Source: Sphaeroforma arctica JP610
Lineage: Eukaryota
Length of the DNA stretch: 46,708 nt
Reading direction: 5' to 3'
NCBI RefSeq assembly: GCF_001186125.1
Contig: NW_014040483.1
Coordinates: 1 to 46,708, forward strand
This document shows positions 39,214-46,708 of the stretch, piece by piece (position 1 is the stretch's first letter; each line of letters starts with the position of its first letter). The position numbers and the translations under genes were made by a program. Under the pieces are notes generated by a model. The model did not search any database. It saw nothing but the letters and a program-made list of their open reading frames with translations, and was not told the DNA's origin.

Positions 39214-40214
39214 CTCTTTTATCTGATCCCACGCCAAATGATGTTCTGGCTTCCAACGATCCCCAATGGGCTCCTTTGGCTTAAGTTTAGAAAAGGTTCG
39301 GAGTGGAGTTACCTTGTGTACAAAGTTCGGTAGATGCTCATGTAGAAAGTTTGCTAATCCTAACGCAGAGGCAATATCCCTTTGACATCTTGGAACTGGC
39401 CAGTCAATTAAACGTTGCTGCTTCTCATGATCCACGTCAATGCCTTTAGCTGATATCTTCTTGCCCAAAAACCATCACCTCTCGTACCGCAAAGTGACAT
39501 TTCTTCTGATTAAGTTTGAAGTTATTCTCCGTCAAGCATCGAATGACCTCTTGAACCGTAGCAATGTGCTCCTCGTAATCGTCCGATGCAATAATTAGAC
39601 CATCAACATAGCAGTCCTGCCATCAAATTACTAATTGTCCGTTGAAATTGTGACGTGAGTGTCGTCAATCCAAAGGGAGTCGACGTAAACGAGTACTGCT
39701 GACTGTTCCATGTAAACGAAAACATGTGCTGCGAATCGACGTGCACTGGTAACCGATGGTACGCGGCCGATAAGTCCAACGTGGTGTAGTAACGCTTGCC
39801 CTTCAAGTTGCTGATGATTTCGTTGACCTTCGGAAGCGTAAACTGATCGTCCGGAATAAGAGCGTTGATCTGCCGCAGGTCCAAGCACACGCGCACCTTA
39901 ATAAGTTCACCCGACGGTGTGAATAATGGTACTGCCAACAAAGGAAGGTTAACGATCGACGCCGATGTTCGACGATTGGTGACCAGTTCGTGTTCCCATT
40001 TGTCTACCTGTTTCGTTGCATGTGGTTTGTATTTGTCAGATACAAAATTTCTGGTCTGCCGACGTAGGCCCAGGAGTTTATCCCGAGGAATGGGGAGTGA
40101 CTCCTCACTACCCGGGAGTGTGCAGCGAGCTGCATTCAGAATAGTATCATTAACATTCAGGTATTGGCGTAGGCGTGCGCGTATATCACCTGGCTCGGAC
40201 AAGTCTGGGGCCAT
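39214..40214 (-). pseudogene. Reverse transcriptase of Ty3/Gypsy pol (frameshifted)
   Basis: VRVCLDLRQIN...LPKV...YYTTLDLSAAYHRL...TPFGL; after a frameshift YVDG (degenerate YxDD), KLNQKKCHF, WPVP...LGLANF. Confidence 0.95.
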
Positions 40215-40561
40215 TCGAAGATTGATTGGTTCCAGTAATTCATCCCATTACGATTAATCTCTGGAAATGGAGATACTAATCCGGTTAAGCCTAATCTCAA
40301 CTCACCCATAATATACATCCCCAATGTTATATCAATGTTATCCGGTAGGTTCATAAGTTCAAGTGTACAACCCTCAGTAGCAGTTGACCCGTACTGGACC
40401 TTTGTTGCTTGTGTTTTGCTCAAGCGTGGAGTTCTGAAGGCTTTGTCCGCCAAGTATATGTAACTATCCTTGGCCGGTGGTGTAATAGAGAGGTGTGCCT
40501 TAGCTGCGGATGCCTGAGTGATGCCTGAACTGTTGGCCCCCGTGTCAATAAGGGTGCGCAT
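40157..40561 (-). pseudogene. Retropepsin aspartic protease
   Basis: LIDTGANSSGI catalytic motif; IDITLGM C-terminal motif. Confidence 0.9.
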
Positions 40562-40619
40562 GCCATGTCCGCCCAGTTATAAAGTAACATATACACGGTT
40601 GTCAGTAGGAAACAATTGA

Positions 40620-41802
40620 TCTTTTACTGCAAATATTCTTGTTGCCGAACGACCAAATGGCATGCACATGTTTACCTCACACACCCCCGCCTGTCAATCC
40701 GAATCTATTCCAACTTCCCAACCATCGGGTGTCTGCTCTTCTTCCATCAACTCATTGTCACTCTGCACATACGACTCATCGACCAAATCATGAATGTGCA
40801 TCACTTCAGTCTCCCCCGTCTCGGTGGTTGGTTGATTAGGCATAATATCACCGTCCACTAAGTTAGCACGGGGTCGGAAATTAGTACTCGATCCGTGAGT
40901 CCCGCGTGTCGATGTGCTTGTAGCCGATGTACGTTGAACTGTAGCCGCACCATTTTGTGTGCGGCTACCTGTGCTAGCCTGGACCGGTACTCGTTATAAG
41001 TTAGGACAACGACTTGCATGTCCTGGTCCCGGCGGAATGTTTTGTGCACATGATCGACAACCTACCCGTGGGTTCAATGTAGGCGGTGCATGCGGGTTGG
41101 CGCGTGTATTCGCTTCCGTACGCAAATTTGAGCGTGATCGCGAGTTCAACGGAATTTTCTTCTGCTTTGTCAATGTTCACACGAGTAGTTTCGCGACTGT
41201 GGATGCATTCGAAGAGTATCCCGGTAGTACGCCCCACCTGCAGCTTGTCGTATAAGTTTAAGTATACCATGGTTGCGGTATACTTGTAGGGGGTTCTCAT
41301 ACTGTCGCATTTCCATGAACTCCACCTGGCGTTCTAAATCACGAATCTGAATATCAAGTGGTACCGATGGCTTCAGCTTCATGCATGCTAATACCTGGCG
41401 GTATGCATTATCCTCCAGGTCTTGCTCTTATGTACGTACAATAAAAGCAGTGGCATCCTCAAATATCATAGACTATAATTTTTGCTCGTTTTCCACAATA
41501 AAATCCAATAGCGCCTTAGGAGCCCCTTCATACTGTAGAGCTCGGTGTAAACTCATTTGTATATGAATCGGTTCTAGCTTGTGGAATCGCGCATTCTTGT
41601 GCCAGTCCAAGATAAAAGCGTGTGGCTGTATCTTCTGCGGATTGTCCAAATAATAGTTACCCTGCGGGGTGGGAGGCCATTCCTTCGGTATTCGTTTGTC
41701 GACCGCTATTAAACACGTCTTCAGAGTCTCATTCGACGCACGAATTAGACCCTGTAGCGCACGCGCATCGTCTATACGTCCGTCTGCTTCTACCTGCATC
41801 AT
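40620..41802 (-). pseudogene. Gag-like region (fragmented)
   Basis: A series of broken ORFs (41802-41473, 41382-41170, 41300-41001) directly upstream of the protease. The assignment rests on position. Confidence 0.55.
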
Positions 41803-41823
41803 TCGTTGGGTTAGTTGAAAAAC

Positions 41824-43163
41824 TTACATTATCATCTCGGCCGCTGTCGATGCAGTAATGCTAGGCTCCGTAGGTTCCGATCCTTTATGACGTTTCACTG
41901 CCTGTGAGTCTTTCAAGTAGCGGTTGTGATGAACAGGAAGGTTCTTGCGGTATGCAATCGTATCAATAGGGACATTCGCCGCATCCTGAAAATTCTCCTG
42001 TAACTCCTCTGGTGAACGTGGTTTACGGTGACGTTGCAACCTATCCCGAAATAAGCTCGTTACCACATGACTCTGGTTCATCTGTTGCTGCGGGGACTTC
42101 CTTACTCTGCGGAAGGCATCAAAGGAGCGCTTTGCCGACGACGATAAATTCCGAGGAGTGTCCATGTCCAAGTGTAAATCCGCAGGTTCCAAAAAACAAT
42201 TCACCAAAGTTTTCGAGGCCTGATACCAATCCGGACCATTTGGCGGCATCTCATCAGAGGTCGGAATTGTTTGTGCCCGATTTCGAGCGTTTGTCAACAA
42301 TCGCGCTCTGCGAGAAGCATGGACATTATCGTTCGATGCCTGATACCAATCCGGACCATTTGGCGGCATCTCATCAGAGGACGGAATTGTTTGTGCCCGA
42401 TTTCGAGCGTTTGTCAACAATCGCGCTCTGCGAGAAGCATGGACATTATCGTTCGATGCCTGATACCAATCCGGACCATTAGCCGGCATCTCCTCAGGGG
42501 TCGGAATCGTTTGTGCTCGTTGTTGAGCGTTCTGCAACGACCGCTCTCTGCGAGTGATATGGACATTACCGTAAGGAGCCACCTGAGGTATAGGCTTCGT
42601 ACGTCCAATTATACGTTTCACCGGGCTAATTTGCCTCGTGTTGTTAGCCCCTTTGTCAAGTAACTGGCGATGGATGTCGACCCTGCCTGCGTTGGGTATT
42701 GAGGAGCCCAACGTTGTTGCACTGTTGGTCCGGCCTGAGTCTCAGAAAAGTCCTCATCCACGGTCGCCTGGTCCAAGTCCTGAGGTGTAGACGTGTCAAT
42801 ATCCGCCAGTGACAACTCACGGAGTTGGCGGAGTGGCTCTTGAATAAGACGAATATTGTCCGTGGCTTCCTGCACATGCATCATCGTATTCAGGTGTCCC
42901 TCTACATCAGAAATCCAGTTTGGGGACTGTTGAAGCTTACCCAAGGTTTTAATTGAGTATTGGCCCTCCGAAAGCAAACGGGTTAATTTCAAATGGATTT
43001 CGACCTTCTTGGCATCTTCAAGTGCAAGTTTCTTGGCAAGTGCTGACTCCACCTTATCGCATAGCTCGGTTAAACGGCGAAGATTTCGAATCAACCGACT
43101 CAACAACCGATCACAAGCTTGCTTACCCACCGTTGGCAACGGTCTAGTCTTGGGTCCCGTCAT
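41824..43163 (-). pseudogene. Upstream ORF(s) of the element: coiled-coil segment plus repeat-containing segment
   Basis: Overlapping ORFs 43163-42618 (181 aa, helical/coiled-coil) and 42711-41824 (295 aa with 40-aa repeats), probably one frameshifted ORF. Confidence 0.5.
42218..42569. repeat. 120-bp in-frame tandem repeat x ~3
   Basis: Encodes repeats of NVHASRRARLLTNARNRAQTIPxSDEMPPNGPDWYQASND. Confidence 0.93.
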
Positions 43164-44787
43164 CGTTGAATTTATTTTCTTAACTAAGCCGTTTCTTAGT
43201 TGATTTAACCTTCAACGAACGTAGTATAATAAATACAGTAGTTCGGTCACTTAAAAATGTAGTCAAACCCGAGTGACACTTAATAAAGAGTGTTAAGTCT
43301 GAAATAAGTGAACTCAGTCAGAAGTGCCGTTTTGAACGGCGCGTCTGCTGTATTTATTAATCACGTTCATGTGTGGGACGAGATTTTCTCTAACAACGGC
43401 AGATTGTGAAAATCTCCGTATCTCAGATTATGGTCTCCTAGTTACTAAATAATGATGACATCTGATGAGTTATCATTCTTTCTCCATAACTTATATGTTC
43501 CACCATCCAGTCCGGTCCTCGGGTCCGTCCTTCAATAAAATCCTCTTAGGCCCAAGTCTCTGATTTGGTCCTAAATTCCTTTTGTCAGTCCGGTCCTCTG
43601 GTCCGGTCTTAAATCCTTGTCTACGGTACTTTGTCATTTCACTGTTGAAAGGGCCATCAGAATCAGTGATATACTCAGCTGTCCAAGCCCACTGTTCTGT
43701 CTGTTGTTGTAATTGCTGGATTACATCGAAAACAGTCATTTCATCTTAATGTAGAGATGCACCAGAGACGTGGACCCTGAAATGTTCGTCTATACTGACC
43801 ATCTAGTATTTAACCCCACAGGAAGTCTGTGTCACGACCTTCAAGTCAAAATGGCGGATAGCGCCCAAATACATGCCACGGTCAGATTGTATTAATAAAC
43901 CGAAAATAGGGCCAGGATTGTTACCTTTGCGTATACAGTCGTCACATGTATTTAGCAAACGGAGCAGTCGGTAGACACACGTGACCAGTAAAAAAGATTA
44001 AAAAGCATTCAAGATAGTCGAGCTGAGCGGAGGTGTCCGCGATTTAAATATAAGGACCATATCACGCGAAGTACACGTTGTGGGGTAACACCATGACCAT
44101 TAACAGAGAAAGGGGTTTTGGATAGTTTTGTTTGTTAAGGCTACGGGTTGAGTTATAGGCTGACAGACAGCATTAGGTGGTCGAGGTACAATTTTATACG
44201 TAGTTTGCAGCATAGTACGCCGTTCATCTTCTTGTAAATCTGGAGAGATTATGTTTGGGCGCATAGAAGAAGATGACAATGTAAAGTGTAGCTCAAAGGG
44301 GGTGTAGGCACGGATGTGGTAGCAGACTCAAACAGCAAAGGGTCAAAGACAGTTGCCGCAGGAGATACATGATCAACTGGATCGTCGTTCAGCACACACT
44401 CTCCATCAGGTTCAGGTGCTGATGATTTGGAACACGGAATCAAAGCGGTTGAATAAATAGGAGGGGTTTGGTGTGTATCTGAAGGATAAGATTGATCGGT
44501 CTGGGACACACAGGGTCGGTAGTCAGAGATGAGGGCGAATAGTACTGCTCAGGTACCGGCTGAGATATCGCAGGAGAAGTACGGGAGGGGAAAGGGTGTG
44601 ATGAAGCCCAACGCTATTTCCGTATCTCCACAAAAGAACGACGGTGAGCATTCCCCAAAATGGTCTCCTGATCAGGGTCCACCTCAGATGGGGAAGGACG
44701 GCGCTTGGTCAAAGCCATATTAGACTTGCTATTTGTCCGTACAGGATAGACAACACTAGGGGGTGGGCCAGTAGTGCCGAGTGAGTT

Positions 44788-45003
44788 CCAAAAGGCAAGA
44801 GGTATAGCCAACGGATAAGCAGGTTTCGGTGTAGAAATAAGTCCCGCAATAGTGTATTGCCACGGGAGAAAACCCAGTGGGCGGGTGCCATCCTTGAGGA
44901 ATGTGTCCTCTGTATGAGGAATAATGATAGGTAGGTCAAGAAGGTATCGGAAAAATGTTGATAGGTAAGGAGATAAAGTCTAATAGGGAAGAACTGCTAT
45001 GGC
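44788..45003 (-). pseudogene. C-terminal remnant of the Dam-like MTase domain in the second element
   Basis: AIAVLPY*TLSPYLSTFFRYLLDLPIIIPHTEDTFLKDGTRPLGFLPWQYTIAGLISTPKPAYPLAIPLAFW aligns by eye with ATIFLTLNTRAPWFLLLPSMMQADTLLIPRTAHTFLKHGSQACGKYPWEHTIVVRIGPPSGYKVNSSFW of the first element. Confidence 0.7.
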
Positions 45004-45887
45004 TACATTAATACAGTAACCATGTTTACGCGGGTCAAGGACCGGCCATGAAGCAGGATGAAGCTTGGTAGGACAAAAAAAACTGTAAAGCCTTCTCGAG
45101 GAAAAGCTTCTCCCGATCCGAAAGCTGTTCTTTAGGCGTGCGACGGCGTTTCTTATATAGGGGAAGTGTAAAGTGCCAATCAGTTGAGTTTATGCCGGAA
45201 CAAGGCGCTTCCGGGAAGACGGTTGGGGTTTAGGCGCTGTGGCCTGAAGAGCTGTATTCGCAGTAAATACAGCATCAGCTTGTTCCATGCGCTTAGCGCG
45301 AAGTGGTTGAACCCAATCAAGAGGAAAGGGCAGAGTAGGTTCTGCAGAGTGGGGTATGCGAACGAATAATCTAGAGCCAACACCTATAGGGCAGGCGTCA
45401 ACAAATAAATGAAGATGATATGATGGGTCCGGGGTTACTAACATGATAACTCAATTGATAGCCTTTAAAACGTTAAGCGGCATGAGTAGCAGCCGTATAC
45501 CGGAATGGTACATTTTCCTTGGTTAGGTCAGTAAGTGGAGAGAGCATTAATACCATGTGCGGGACATACTGTGACCACCAATTCATGGTGGCGCAGAACA
45601 CCTCAATCTTATGCTTGTCCTTAGGCGGGGGTGTATTTAATGCTTTGAGCCGAGCTTGGGTAATAGTGGTAAATTACCAAGAGTCACTCGACCATAGTAG
45701 ACCTTGAAGGAGTCTCAGAGGAGGCATAAATGTGTCGTAGAAGCTCTTAGACGGATGCCAGCCTTATAAATATTCGGGCGTAGACCAACAGGGCATCCCA
45801 ATGGCGGTGGAAAGCCAGTTGGTTCCAATGGGCCATAGCGCCGTCATCAACAAAATGCTTTAAGACATCACGGAGAGAGCGGAACGT

Positions 45888-46667
45888 TTAATCCTTTACT
45901 GAAAATACGCCAGCAATGAGACGCCAGACGTCGCCCTGAGATGTAATCCACGTTAGAAAATCTCGAGAGGATTCAGCATAGCGAAGTTGGTTAAAACTAC
46001 AGGCCATATCCATCGTGGAGACAACGTCACCACGGCGGATATGGTCACAACACTCTTGCTCAGTTGGCATCGAATAAGGGTCAACTCGGAAGCTTTCATT
46101 GTTAATCTTATAATTTTGACAATATCGTACATCTAAAGATGTCGGCTTCACACGTGGATTCTTGCGAGCAAGGACTACGCTAGACATCCAGGGGCTATTA
46201 AAGTCGCCTCGCTCGATAATACCCCGTTTGAGGTCACGACTGCAACTTTCTGCCTCCCAGTAAACCGATTCCTGGTTCTTTTGTCTATATACTATTCGCC
46301 GGGGAACGACACCTTCGTTGAGTTGTATTTTGACTTCATAAATAAGAACAAAGTTATGGTTGTCAGGATCGTAAACGTTTTGGTTAAACGCATGTTTTAG
46401 TACCTCTTTTTGAGTAAGAGTCTTGTTCAGTAGTGTCGCCAAACGATCGACACCAGTCCAATCGTAAGTCTCTAGTTCACCAGGAGTTTCCCGGCACTTG
46501 CGGTGAAATTCCAAAACAGTAGCATCATCCACCTGGGCCGGAATCAAAACATAAACATAGGGGACAAGAGCTGCAGACTGAAAGGCGGTTGTTAGCATTT
46601 TAAGCCAAAGCGAGCTGGGGAATAAGTACAGTCCCAATAGGTAGTGAGTAGATTGTCCGTCGGGCAA
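45888..46667 (-). pseudogene. Reverse transcriptase fragment of second element
   Basis: 259-aa ORF with RT motifs; FVDD follows in the same frame just after the stop. Confidence 0.88.
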
Positions 46668-46708
46668 TATAACTAATGAGGATATCGCAGGCAGCGGGTA
46701 TTTTTATT

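Larger units (their letters stand above)
36409..43163 (-). mobile_element. Degenerate Ty3/Gypsy (chromovirus-like) LTR retrotransposon: ORF0/gag-PR-RT-RH-MTase-INT-chromodomain
   Basis: The domain order PR-RT-RH-INT is Ty3/Gypsy type. It has multiple stops and frameshifts. I could not identify its flanking LTR pair. Confidence 0.92.
43625..46708 (-). mobile_element. Second degenerate Ty3/Gypsy-like pol remnant (RT-RH-MTase remnant-INT), divergent family
   Basis: RT: SPWMSSVVLARK...VRYCQNYKINN...MDMACSFNQL, then HFVDDG and PPKDKHKIEVFCATMNWW..SPLTDLTK. RNase H start: LHLFVDACPIGVGS. Integrase remnant ~44100-43625: NGHG...CDDC...RHFDL...SIDEHF...YITDSDGPFNSE. Confidence 0.85.

Noticed and set aside
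43200..43500. 5' LTR and PBS of element 1
   Set aside because: The region is LTR-like (AATAAA on the minus strand), but I found no matching copy near 36000-36400 and no clear PBS.
43625..46708. Second element as a DIRS/Ngaro tyrosine-recombinase element (suggested by the MT remnant and unusual RT)
   Set aside because: No recombinase motifs were found. An HHCC/DDE integrase remnant follows instead.

Overview
Eukaryotic, intron-rich draft scaffold with GT-AG introns, long (TA)n/(CA)n microsatellites and four N-gaps. The gene content and style are consistent with a unicellular holozoan such as an ichthyosporean; that is inference only. Bases ~1.9-31 kb hold three spliced genes whose exons I reconstructed by hand: CNOT10 (minus, 1897-8838), a B4GALT7/GalT-I-like glycosyltransferase (plus, 9546-14383) and eIF5B (minus, 15693-30986). 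Their introns carry several minisatellites, and one of these multiplies a splice acceptor. Bases ~31.6-46.7 kb are a nest of decayed LTR retrotransposons. It contains an orphan LTR (31643-31969), a chromodomain-bearing Ty3/Gypsy element (36409-43163) interrupted by a solo LTR with a 5-bp TSD, and a second, very divergent Ty3-like pol remnant (43625-46708). The main finding is in the first element: it encodes a DIRS-type Dam-like (N6-adenine) DNA methyltransferase domain between RNase H and a DDE integrase. The second, distantly related element keeps a homologous C-terminal piece of the same domain at the same position. This points to a lineage of methyltransferase-carrying integrase-type LTR retrotransposons.
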